Positions 7,733 to 15,785 of a stretch of 25,425 nt of DNA are shown here, piece by piece. The notes below the pieces were generated by a model that worked only from the letters and a program-made list of their open reading frames with translations, ran no database searches and had not been told where the DNA came from. The stretch covers positions 1 to 25,425 of IMG/VR virus record IMGVR_UViG_3300045424_000120, one strand, 5' to 3'. A program made the position numbers and the translations under genes. Within the stretch, counting starts at the first letter, position 1; every line of letters begins with the position of its first letter. This DNA comes from a virus. Taxonomy: Duplodnaviria > Caudoviricetes.

Positions 7733-8843
7733 TTAGTCTTGCTAACTGCGCTGCTCGAAGTGCTGCAAGTTTATCTGCTGCTGCCTTGACTGCTGCATCG
7801 TACTCCGCCTGAGCCTTTGCAATTTGTGCATTAACGTCTGCTTGAAGTGCTAGTTTTGCTGCTGCTAGTTCTGCAGCAGTTGGTCCTGCTGGTGCAACAG
7901 TTGGTGGCGTATAGGAGATTGCTGCATCAATATTAATTAATTTAACAAATGTCCCCTGTCTTCCAATTGTAGAAACCGCAGTGGAGCGCATTGCTGAAAG
8001 AATTTGATCATATGTGTACGAAGGTTTTGCTGACTTTAGCTTAATCCATTGTGCACCTGCAACTTGAATTGCAGAAGAAGACCCAGAAGTATTTTTTACA
8101 ATATTACCAGGACCAGCAACTGAGAAGAACCCAAGCGCAAAGAAATCAAGCTTAGCAGAATCATTGTTACTGTTTGCCGAAATTTCATTTTGCTGGTCAA
8201 CATATCCTACTGAAATAGATTCATCTAGGCATGCTGGCCAATCAATACGACTATAGTCTCGTCCATTTCCTGAAGGGAAAAATGTAGGAATTCCAATAGT
8301 AATCAAGTCTTTAATAGACTGTTGGGTTATTGGAGTTTTTGGGCAGTAATCTGTGCCTGCTGCACCTAGGTTATGCATTCCTTGTGACATTGTCACTGCT
8401 TGAATATTGTACTTTGATGCATTAGATTTTACCCAATTAAGGGCATTGTAAACTGCTGCCTCGCCAGCATTCTGACGCATGCCAGTTGAAGTATTTCCAA
8501 TAATTTTAATAAAAACAATATTTACATCTGGGTTTGTCTTTACAAATACAGATGCCATGAATGTTCCATGGTCAAATCCATTTCTTGTAATAAGATCGGA
8601 TGGCATTGAAGCTGATCCAGGGCCTTCCATAAAAGACTTTCCGTTAGGACAAGTTGTCCATTCTAGAATACATACCTCTTGAATAATTTTTCCCTGAAAT
8701 GCTGGGAGTGATGTGTCAATTGCTGTATCTAAAATAGCAACTGCTGGTTTTGAATCTGTACGATTCTGTAGGCCCGCTGCATGAGCGGTTGTAGGTACTG
8801 CTAGTGTGATTGCGATTAACGCAGTTATTAGTTTTTTATTCAT
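7725..8843 (-). CDS. secreted subtilisin-like (S8) serine protease
   Basis: Signal peptide ending AHA; AILDT, HGT, SGN, SGSSSA motifs. Confidence 0.88.
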   Translation of the reverse strand: MNKKLITALIAITLAVPTTAHAAGLQNRTDSKPAVAILDTAIDTSLPAFQGKIIQEVCILEWTTCPNGKSFMEGPGSASMPSDLITRNGFDHGTFMASVFVKTNPDVNIVFIKIIGNTSTGMRQNAGEAAVYNALNWVKSNASKYNIQAVTMSQGMHNLGAAGTDYCPKTPITQQSIKDLITIGIPTFFPSGNGRDYSRIDWPACLDESISVGYVDQQNEISANSNNDSAKLDFFALGFFSVAGPGNIVKNTSGSSSAIQVAGAQWIKLKSAKPSYTYDQILSAMRSTAVSTIGRQGTFVKLINIDAAISYTPPTVAPAGPTAAELAAAKLALQADVNAQIAKAQAEYDAAVKAAADKLAALRAAQLARLNG

Positions 8844-8849
8844 ACCCTA

Positions 8850-8877
8850 ATTCTACTAAATAATGTCAGGATGTCAA
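8850..8877 (-). promoter_or_regulatory. promoter, leaderless start
   Basis: TTGACA-16-TAGAAT-6 nt-ATG. Confidence 0.7.
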
Positions 8878-9044
8878 GGGGTTTCTGTTGGTCTTTTGTA
8901 CCATTTGCCGTTGTCTAAAGGCTCTGTGTTAGCCATGCCTTGAGAGTCTAATAAATTAGATATACTTAAAGTAAGCAGCTCTATATGCATTTCCATTCGA
9001 AGAACAGCCATCTCAAGCTGTCTCAGTCTTTCGGCTTTTCTCAT
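8874..9044 (-). CDS. small hypothetical protein (56 aa)
   Basis: MRKAERLRQLEMAVLRMEMHIELL...; ATGA overlap with the upstream gene. Confidence 0.65.
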   Translation of the reverse strand: MRKAERLRQLEMAVLRMEMHIELLTLSISNLLDSQGMANTEPLDNGKWYKRPTETP

Positions 9045-9397
9045 TCCTGTATCTCTCTATCTAGTAGTGTGGGTGCAGTTGCCATGCTTCCACAGTTAGC
9101 GCATTCCATATCAAGAAAATATGTAGCAATTTCAAACTCTTCAAAGATAACCTTTACGTTCCATATATTACACCCGCAAGGACATAGGTGTGTTGGTGCA
9201 CCTCTTAAATCCATTGCGTGATCATAGTTTTCTGGTTTTAAATCGTTAATACTTAAAGGATATTCTCTTTTTTGTGACTGTTCTTGCATCTCTTCTAGTT
9301 TATTTATATAGTAAATTCCAAGAGTGTACCTAGCCCTTAACCACTTAAATGATGATATGATAAAAAAGGCTAATAATATGTAGGCAACAGTCTTCAT
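9041..9397 (-). CDS. membrane-anchored Zn-ribbon protein
   Basis: N-terminal hydrophobic helix, CPCGC...CANC. Confidence 0.75.
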   Translation of the reverse strand: MKTVAYILLAFFIISSFKWLRARYTLGIYYINKLEEMQEQSQKREYPLSINDLKPENYDHAMDLRGAPTHLCPCGCNIWNVKVIFEEFEIATYFLDMECANCGSMATAPTLLDREIQE

Positions 9398-9411
9398 GAT
9401 TCAATTATACA

Positions 9412-9969
9412 CTAAACTTGAATGTATGTATAGGGTGCTGCTACGCTCATATTAAACTCTGTTGCCGCTTCTAAGGCTGCCTTCAATCTTAGTCTGGGGT
9501 TCTTTTGGTTCTTTGTAGCATGTAGAGCTCCAAGAGCTATCTGTCCGCCGCTACCTTCAGCCATGTAGTTAACAATGTTTTCTCCAACATGAAAGTCTTC
9601 ATCTATGGTAAAGATTCTACCCTCTACTCCTACTATAAAGATTCCACCAGTGTCCTCTTCTGATGAAGAACCAATGCTTCCATAGCCATTATCTTTAAAC
9701 GATGCTTTAACTGAATCTACAAACTTAGTTCTCATAAATTTATCTAATCCAGAATTAGTTTTAGTCGGTGTATACTTTGGAGGAGTCCACATGTATTGTA
9801 AAATTTGTCCCATACGAAATGAATCTGTAAAGGCAATTCCATACTGACCAACCTTAAAACATTTTGGCTCTTTGCGAGACAGGATCCACCCAGTTTTATC
9901 GTCTGATGCGGCATGGTCTGATCCCATATAGACGACACCATTTTGTGCAATAGCTACTATACATGTCAT
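9412..9969 (-). CDS. HslV/proteasome-beta-like Ntn-hydrolase
   Basis: N-terminal MTCIVA, GSD, K, AEGSGG motifs. Confidence 0.85.
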   Translation of the reverse strand: MTCIVAIAQNGVVYMGSDHAASDDKTGWILSRKEPKCFKVGQYGIAFTDSFRMGQILQYMWTPPKYTPTKTNSGLDKFMRTKFVDSVKASFKDNGYGSIGSSSEEDTGGIFIVGVEGRIFTIDEDFHVGENIVNYMAEGSGGQIALGALHATKNQKNPRLRLKAALEAATEFNMSVAAPYTYIQV

Positions 9970-10001
9970 ATTATAAGTATACTATTTTTATATTTGTAGT
10001 G

Positions 10002-10310
10002 CTAGTGCTCATCTGAATGAATTTCTAGATGGCTTAATTTAAGCATAGTTCCCTCTAATTCTGCCTTAACACGAATTAATTCTTGCAAGGCCTCAAAGTA
10101 CTTATCTTTCCATTCATTTAAATCTTTTTCTAATTTGTACAGCTTAATCTCAAGGTCTTTTAATTCAAGTAAAAGCTGGTCATGTGCTTTTTCGGCTTTA
10201 CGCTCTATCTTTTCTTTTCTTGACCTTCTAGCACCTATCTGTGCCGTTAACAACCCGCTTATAGCGGCAGCGAAGAGAGTTATTAATATCTCAGCTATGG
10301 GAATATTCAT
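10002..10310 (-). CDS. membrane protein with coiled coil
   Basis: N-terminal TM helix followed by heptad-rich sequence. Confidence 0.75.
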   Translation of the reverse strand: MNIPIAEILITLFAAAISGLLTAQIGARRSRKEKIERKAEKAHDQLLLELKDLEIKLYKLEKDLNEWKDKYFEALQELIRVKAELEGTMLKLSHLEIHSDEH

Positions 10311-10339
10311 TATATGAATATTATACCGTAATATCTATA

Positions 10340-10576
10340 TTAAATTAGTAATTCAGAAGCAGTTATGTCTGGGCCTACATATTTTTTCTTTGCAATATGC
10401 TCTTTTACATGATCAGAACCATACTGTCTTCCTGCTAAAATAACTGTCCATCTTGGCTCTAATTTATTTTCTGTACAGGATTTACACAATAATAAATTTA
10501 TTGGCAGCAATGCTGACTTCTTTGCAGATAGCTCATTTTTGCTTTTATTACAAGAATAACACAATACTTTATCCAT
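10340..10576 (-). CDS. Zn-finger-like hypothetical protein
   Basis: CYSC...CKSC; ATG at 10576 follows a GGAGG SD. Confidence 0.75.
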   Translation of the reverse strand: MDKVLCYSCNKSKNELSAKKSALLPINLLLCKSCTENKLEPRWTVILAGRQYGSDHVKEHIAKKKYVGPDITASELLI

Positions 10577-10889
10577 GATTTTTTCCTCCTGGCTTGCCTT
10601 CAAGTTCTACTCTTACTCCGTATGATTCCAAGATATTTTTTACCATTTCTACATATTCTATAACTCTGACTCTCATTGAGCCATCGTATTGTGCAAAATT
10701 ATTTTCATATAATCTAATTGCTAAAAAATCTGGGTACTTGACTATATCCATTTCAAGTGTTGAAGTAGGCTTCTTAAGCTCTCTTATTTTTAGTGCCATC
10801 TCTTTCGTGTAGAAAGTTGGCTTATTCGGCTCCCCAGTCCACTCATTTATTCCGAACTTAAAATGATTTTTATTTTTATCAATAAACAT
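10569..10889 (-). CDS. hypothetical protein
   Basis: 106-aa ORF overlapping both neighbours. Confidence 0.75.
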   Translation of the reverse strand: MFIDKNKNHFKFGINEWTGEPNKPTFYTKEMALKIRELKKPTSTLEMDIVKYPDFLAIRLYENNFAQYDGSMRVRVIEYVEMVKNILESYGVRVELEGKPGGKNHG

Positions 10890-11190
10890 GTTTTTCCTTT
10901 ATTCTTTTCCATACATCTTTAGTTTTGTGAGCATTCCTTACCTTGTCATGAGATCCAGAATTTAAATAAACTCCACCCCATACACCATAATCGCTATTAT
11001 CTACCCCGCTGTCGTAGCATAACTTTATCACTGGGCAGGAAAGGCAAGCCTCATCAATACTCTTTGCTACATTAACATCTGCCTCATATTTATCAAAAAA
11101 CAGATTTGTATCCATACCAAGGCATAGGGCTAGCTTATACCAGTCTAAATTATCTTCATCTACATTTAAGCTACTTAAAATATTTGACAT
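10879..11190 (-). CDS. whiB: WhiB-family Fe-S transcription factor
   Basis: W...ALC, LFF, C..CPV...C, GVWGG; start reassigned to ATG 11190. Confidence 0.92.
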   Translation of the reverse strand: MSNILSSLNVDEDNLDWYKLALCLGMDTNLFFDKYEADVNVAKSIDEACLSCPVIKLCYDSGVDNSDYGVWGGVYLNSGSHDKVRNAHKTKDVWKRIKEKHVY

Positions 11191-11404
11191 ATCGTTTTGG
11201 CAGTTCCCAGATTCCTTCACGGCTGACAGAAATCTTTTCTGCCTTACCCCAAGCATCTTTCCTATACATACCTTTTACGTCAGTATAGCCGCCACTATCT
11301 TTTTTCCAAATTACAAGATCATAGTTATTCCAAAATGATTCTTGCAACTTTGTTTGAGATCTTTTAATAAAAATCTCAACACCTTTCTCCGTTAGATGTA
11401 ACAA
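11171..11404 (-). CDS. hypothetical protein
   Basis: TTG start (MLHLTEKGVEIF...) just downstream of the tRNAs. Confidence 0.7.
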   Translation of the reverse strand: MLHLTEKGVEIFIKRSQTKLQESFWNNYDLVIWKKDSGGYTDVKGMYRKDAWGKAEKISVSREGIWELPKRYVKYFK

Positions 11405-11424
11405 ATTACTTTTACCTTTTCTAG

Positions 11425-11506
11425 TACCCGAAGTCGGACTTGAACCGACATGCGATGAAGCAACAAATTTTAAGTCTGTCGTGTATACCGATTCCACCAT
11501 TCGGGC
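11425..11506 (-). tRNA. tRNA-Leu(TAA)
   Basis: GCCCGAA/TTCGGGT acceptor, CT-TAA-AA loop, long variable arm, TTCAAGT T-loop. Confidence 0.93.
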
Positions 11507-11511
11507 GTACG

Positions 11512-11584
11512 CTGGTCCACCAGGTCTCGATCCTGGGACATCCAAATTAACAGTTTGGCGCTCTACCAACTGAGCTATGGACCA
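11512..11584 (-). tRNA. tRNA-Asn(GTT)
   Basis: TGGTCCA/TGGACCA acceptor, CCAAA-CTGTTAA-TTTGG, G discriminator; T-loop ATCGAGA. Confidence 0.9.
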
Positions 11585-11590
11585 TTACGC

Positions 11591-11641
11591 ACAAAACCGC
11601 TGTACTATGTAAGTATACACGGCAAACAGCGGGTTTGTCAA
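11591..11641 (-). promoter_or_regulatory. tRNA promoter within a 13-bp inverted repeat
   Basis: TTGACA-18-TATACT; arms 11591-11603 and 11626-11638. Confidence 0.75.
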
Positions 11642-11644
11642 CGA

Positions 11645-11788
11645 CTATTTAGTTGTTATTTTAACGATATTAACTTTTTTAATTTCGTCATCTATATTAA
11701 AAATATCATGAATATATTCACTTGCATCTTCTGGATTAAAGGCTTCTACTTCAACCTCTACATCTAATTTAATGCGGTATTTATTCAT
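11645..11788 (-). CDS. small acidic protein (47 aa), probably leaderless
   Basis: MNKYRIKLDVEVEVEAFNPEDA...; TGCTATAAT 6 nt upstream. Confidence 0.75.
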   Translation of the reverse strand: MNKYRIKLDVEVEVEAFNPEDASEYIHDIFNIDDEIKKVNIVKITTK

Positions 11789-11803
11789 AGTCTAATTATA
11801 GCA

Positions 11804-12094
11804 TTACTTAGCAGCTTTTTTATCTACCGCTGAGAATGCCGCATTGATTTCTGATACTGTCAATTTGCCATCATCTAAAAAACCTCGTGCAAGCCTTTCA
11901 ACTACGGTGGCAACGCCAAGAGTCCCAGCTAATATTACTGCCTTAGCTGTGCTAATTCCTACTACTGCTCCTGCACCAATTACAGATAGGCCTGAAGCTG
12001 CAAATACTGCAATTATACGCATAACAATATTATTAATACTTGCTATCGCTCCTCCGCCTACATGTGTTGGCTCTTCTATATATGCCTTTGCCAT
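11804..12094 (-). CDS. small membrane protein
   Basis: Hydrophobic helices then DDGKLTVSEINAAF (EF-hand-like loop). Confidence 0.8.
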   Translation of the reverse strand: MAKAYIEEPTHVGGGAIASINNIVMRIIAVFAASGLSVIGAGAVVGISTAKAVILAGTLGVATVVERLARGFLDDGKLTVSEINAAFSAVDKKAAK

Positions 12095-12306
12095 TATTTA
12101 TCTCCCTTTCCTGCAAAATATCCACCAATAATTCCTATTAGCCCTACTAATGCATTTTGAACTAATGCTATTGCATCTGAATTTGTTCCGTATTTTTCAC
12201 CTGTTGCAGATTGTTGTAATAGCATTGAAGCATATTCGCCAACAACCACAAGGCCTATGAAACCTAAGATGCCTAGTGTAATTGCCCACATTAATTTATC
12301 TTTCAT
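12094..12306 (-). CDS. two-TM small membrane protein (holin-like)
   Basis: Two hydrophobic helices, ending IIGGYFAG. Confidence 0.7.
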   Translation of the reverse strand: MKDKLMWAITLGILGFIGLVVVGEYASMLLQQSATGEKYGTNSDAIALVQNALVGLIGIIGGYFAGKGDK

Positions 12307-12476
12307 TATTCATCATCCCTATTTCTGATGGGATATGTGATTGCCCATGCAATTAAGGTTCCTATAATTGCATAACCAACTATTGTTTTTGCAGAGCCAT
12401 CAAGGACTACCCAGGCAATAAACATACCTAAAAGTGTCCACAATTGGTCTATCATATCTTTTATTACTTTCATCAT
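12306..12476 (-). CDS. two-TM small membrane protein (56 aa)
   Basis: MMKVIKDMIDQLWTLLGMFIAWVVLDGSAKTIVGYAIIGTLIAWAITYPIR...; ATGA and TAATG couplings. Confidence 0.75.
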   Translation of the reverse strand: MMKVIKDMIDQLWTLLGMFIAWVVLDGSAKTIVGYAIIGTLIAWAITYPIRNRDDE

Positions 12477-14866
12477 GGTCTTCTCCTTACTCCCTTGGAA
12501 TTGCCAGAGGCTCCTCCTCCACCTGATCCGCCACCAGAATTACCTCCTGATGACGATCCTCCAGTAGATCCTGCTGCTGCACCTACAGCATTCATTGCTG
12601 CACCTGCTGCCACAACTGTTGCAACAACCATATCTGTTGCTTCTTCTCTTTCGCTTTCAGTCATATCTGCACCAATACTTCCAATTGCTGCAAGAGCTGC
12701 TCCTGGGTTTGTGAATGCTGCTTCTAATAATGCACCAGGATCTGTTACTAGCTCTATACTTGCAGCAACCTCTGCAGTGATAACCAGTGGCTCGCCTGAT
12801 TCAGATACTCTAACTTCAACTGGCGTGGAAGGTGGTAAGTCAGAATAAGAAACGCCAGATGCTTGGACCTGCGCCGCTGAAATAGATTCTCCTGGCTTTA
12901 AATCTGCTACCAAAGATGTAACAACTGCAGCAACCTCTTCTTTTGACAATTCTTTTCCTGCTTTGGCTTCTTCCGCAATCTTTGCTAGTCTTTCTTCTTC
13001 AGCCTTTTTGGCAGCCTCTTCTGCTTTAGCCTTATCAGCCTCTGCCTTTATTCTGTCTGCTTCTGCCTTTGCTTTTGCTTCTTCAGCAGCCTGCTGCTCT
13101 GCTAATTTTTTAGCATCTTCTTCTGCTTTAGCCTTTGCTTCTGCCTCTGATTTTAATCTTGCTTCTTCAGCCAATCTATCTTTTTCTTTTTGCTCTGCTG
13201 CTGCCTTCTCTGCAGCAATTCTTTCTGCTTCAAGTCTTGCTTCTTCTTCAGCCTTTGCTTTGGCTTCTGCTTCTGCTTTTAAACGAGCCTCTTCTGCTGC
13301 TTTTGCATCTGCCTCAGCCTTAAGTCTGGCTTCCTCAGCAGCCTTTGCGTCTGCTTCTGCTTTAAGTCTTTTCTCTTCAGCAATTCTTGCTTCTTCTTCA
13401 GCCTTAGCCTTTGCTAGCTCTGCAGCAATTCTTTCCTCTTCTGCTTTCTTTGCAGCAGCCTCAGCTGCTAAGCGGTCTGCCTCTGCTTTTGCTGCTGCTT
13501 CTGCAGCCAGTCTATCTTTTTCTGCTTGAACTTTTGCTGCCTCTATTGCAGCCAATCGATCTGCCTCTGCTTTGATTGCAGACTGTCTTGCTATCTCTGC
13601 CAATCTTTCGTTCTCTGCATTGATTGCTGCTTGTCTGGCTATTTCTGCAAGCCTTGCATTTTCTGCTGCGATTGCTTCTTGTCTTGCAACCTCTGCTAAT
13701 CTTGCTTGCTCTGCAGCTATAGCGGCAAGTCTTGCAGACTCTACCCTAGCAGCCTCTGCTGCTATTGCAGCTTGTCTTGCAGCCTCTTGTTCTGCAGCAA
13801 CTCTTGCAGCCTCTTGTTGTGCTGCTAATAGTGCCGCTGCTTCAGCTTCAAGTCTGGCAACTTCAGCAAGCCTGGCAACTTCAGCAAGTCTTGCAACCTC
13901 TGCTAATCTTGCTTGCTCTGCAGCTATAGCGGCAAGTCTTGCATTCTCTGCATCAATTGCAGCCTGTGCTGCTGCCGCTTCTGCAGCAATTTCTTCTGCA
14001 GTCTTTCCAATTTTTAACGTAACAATATTTGAATTTTCAGAGTAGAGCGCCAATGTATCATTGTCTGATCTAATATGAAATGACCACACAGTACCACTCG
14101 GCCTTAGTGATTCAAGTAATGAGTGATCAATTGTTATTGTTGTATTAAGTGAATTAGCACCGCCAACATTTCCTGTTGCAATTCCCCAGCCATTACATCC
14201 AGAGCAATTAAAACTTATGGCATATCTTTCTGGTTGAGTGTTTCCAGTATCTGGAGCATCCCAATCTAAAACTGTTGAGGTCGCACCATCAGTCACTGTA
14301 AGATTTCTTGGAGCACCTATTGTTCTTACTACTGGAGCTGATTGTGAAGTAAATGCTGATGCTGGGACAATACCCATAGAGCCAGATTGATCCCAATATA
14401 AGAATACATTTGCTCCACCACCATTTTCATAATACAGCAATTCTATTGTTTTTGGAACTCCTGCTGTAAAAGATACTGGAGCGGATGTTGATCCTCCACC
14501 ACCCTTGTCATACCAATCGTTTGTTACATTAATCCCGTCAATGTAGAGTTTTGTTCCGTCATCTCCTGTAGCCATAAATGATATATCTTGAGTAGAGTCG
14601 CTTCTTATTGACCCCGTAAAGCGTACAATAACATCTTCTGACGGGCCTCCTAAGACGCTACCGCTACCCCATTGGAAGTCAATGTTGGGTACGTTTGTAG
14701 TTAATACTGGAGAGGCTCCCTGTGGTATGTAGGGAGCATTATTCTGTCCCAGCACATTATAGACTTGGGCAGTCAGTCCTTCTGCTGCATTTGCTTGTGT
14801 TGGGCCAGCAAAAAGCCAACCTACTGAAAGTAGGAAGGCTGTAAATACTCTTAACCTTTTAGTCAA
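12473..14866 (-). CDS. secreted PA14 + fibronectin-III + TolA-like helical stalk protein
   Basis: Signal peptide; IDFQWG, GDDGTKLYIDG, YYENGGGA (PA14); APRNL..LDWDAP (FN3); long A/E/K/R helix; C-terminal hydrophobic segment and basic tail. Confidence 0.85.
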   Translation of the reverse strand: MTKRLRVFTAFLLSVGWLFAGPTQANAAEGLTAQVYNVLGQNNAPYIPQGASPVLTTNVPNIDFQWGSGSVLGGPSEDVIVRFTGSIRSDSTQDISFMATGDDGTKLYIDGINVTNDWYDKGGGGSTSAPVSFTAGVPKTIELLYYENGGGANVFLYWDQSGSMGIVPASAFTSQSAPVVRTIGAPRNLTVTDGATSTVLDWDAPDTGNTQPERYAISFNCSGCNGWGIATGNVGGANSLNTTITIDHSLLESLRPSGTVWSFHIRSDNDTLALYSENSNIVTLKIGKTAEEIAAEAAAAQAAIDAENARLAAIAAEQARLAEVARLAEVARLAEVARLEAEAAALLAAQQEAARVAAEQEAARQAAIAAEAARVESARLAAIAAEQARLAEVARQEAIAAENARLAEIARQAAINAENERLAEIARQSAIKAEADRLAAIEAAKVQAEKDRLAAEAAAKAEADRLAAEAAAKKAEEERIAAELAKAKAEEEARIAEEKRLKAEADAKAAEEARLKAEADAKAAEEARLKAEAEAKAKAEEEARLEAERIAAEKAAAEQKEKDRLAEEARLKSEAEAKAKAEEDAKKLAEQQAAEEAKAKAEADRIKAEADKAKAEEAAKKAEEERLAKIAEEAKAGKELSKEEVAAVVTSLVADLKPGESISAAQVQASGVSYSDLPPSTPVEVRVSESGEPLVITAEVAASIELVTDPGALLEAAFTNPGAALAAIGSIGADMTESEREEATDMVVATVVAAGAAMNAVGAAAGSTGGSSSGGNSGGGSGGGGASGNSKGVRRRP
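13681..13943. repeat. 56-bp exact direct repeat in the stalk-coding region
   Basis: 13681-13736 is identical to 13888-13943. Confidence 0.85.
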
Positions 14867-14933
14867 CTAGGTATCTCCTAAGTAATGCAATATTTTTGCT
14901 TACCTAGTAATTATAGCAGAATGTTAGTTTAAA

Positions 14934-15122
14934 CTACTTGGGATTATCTGTTTTATAAAAGCCGTTACCTTTAAATTGTATTCCAAAAGGAGTAAAGAAC
15001 CTAATCATTTCTGATTCGCATTCTACGCATGTATACCCTGGATCATCATCCTTGATTGATCTATGTACAGACATTGAAGCATGCGCTTCATCATATGAGC
15101 ACTTGTATTCGTATACTGGCAT
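14934..15122 (-). CDS. FmdB-family zinc-ribbon protein
   Basis: MPVYEYKC...C..C...FKGNGFYKTD. Confidence 0.88.
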   Translation of the reverse strand: MPVYEYKCSYDEAHASMSVHRSIKDDDPGYTCVECESEMIRFFTPFGIQFKGNGFYKTDNPK

Positions 15123-15176
15123 TACCTAATCCCTTAATTTTAGTAGGCAGTTTTTGGACGTACCCAGGTCTCAATG

Positions 15177-15593
15177 TTATTTGATCTTTAGTATTTTAGG
15201 TTGTTTTTCTTTAGGCAGATTTCTAATAACACGGATATGTAGCATTCCGTCTTTTAGCTCTACACTTGAAACTTCCATGTATTCACTTAGTTCAAAGATT
15301 CTTGTGAATTTACGTGCAGCGATTCCCTTGTGGACCACCTCTGCGTCTGTTACTTCTGTAATTTCACCTGTAATCCAAAGACTTCCGTCTTCAATTGATA
15401 CAGTTAGATCTTCTCTTGTGAATCCAGCAACTGCCAGCGATAGCTGATAGTTGTCATCATCTAACTTTAATAAATCATACGGCGGAAAAGCTGTATTGTT
15501 TACCTTACTTAGACTGTTAAAACGTTCCAATTCTCGATTGAAACCAATAAAAAATGGATCCTTGAAAAGATCCATGGCGAATTGTGTTACCAT
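15177..15593 (-). CDS. small heat shock protein Hsp20 (IbpA-like)
   Basis: FPPYDL, LAVAGF, HKGIAARKFTRIF, LKDGML. Confidence 0.95.
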   Translation of the reverse strand: MVTQFAMDLFKDPFFIGFNRELERFNSLSKVNNTAFPPYDLLKLDDDNYQLSLAVAGFTREDLTVSIEDGSLWITGEITEVTDAEVVHKGIAARKFTRIFELSEYMEVSSVELKDGMLHIRVIRNLPKEKQPKILKIK

Positions 15594-15646
15594 TTTTGCT
15601 CCTTTTAAGCGAGTTAAATTAGTGCCCCCTTTTGGCAGGCACTAAT
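15594..15646 (-). ncRNA. ROSE-like RNA thermometer leader of hsp20
   Basis: 5' hairpin, then CUCGCU-UAAA-AGGAG pairing over the SD with a bulged G. Confidence 0.65.
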
Positions 15647-15648
15647 AT

Positions 15649-15677
15649 ATTATATCAACTTTAAAAAGGTATTGCAA
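15649..15677 (-). promoter_or_regulatory. hsp20 promoter
   Basis: TTGCAA-17-TATAAT. Confidence 0.75.
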
Positions 15678-15680
15678 CCC

Positions 15681-15785
15681 TTAGTAAATAAATCTATCCT
15701 GGGTGTTATCTTTAGGTTTAATGAATATTGACTTTATCTTCTTTTTAACCCTCTGTATGTAGTATTTTATATAAATTACCTTCAT
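15681..15785 (-). CDS. Lys-rich micro-protein ending RFIY (34 aa)
   Basis: MKVIYIKYYIQRVKKKIKSIFIKPKDNTQDRFIY; AGGAG SD 6 nt upstream. Confidence 0.65.
   Translation of the reverse strand: MKVIYIKYYIQRVKKKIKSIFIKPKDNTQDRFIY

Noticed and set aside
9744-9950. Nested minus-strand 68-aa ORF
   Set aside because: Lies wholly within the HslV-like gene with no SD or motif
11405-11569. N-terminal extension of ORF 11171-11569
   Set aside because: Reads through two tRNA genes; TTG at 11404 is the more plausible start
12473-14866. Tape measure protein or true TolA
   Set aside because: It has a signal peptide, PA14 and FN3 domains, and no tail or tol-pal gene context
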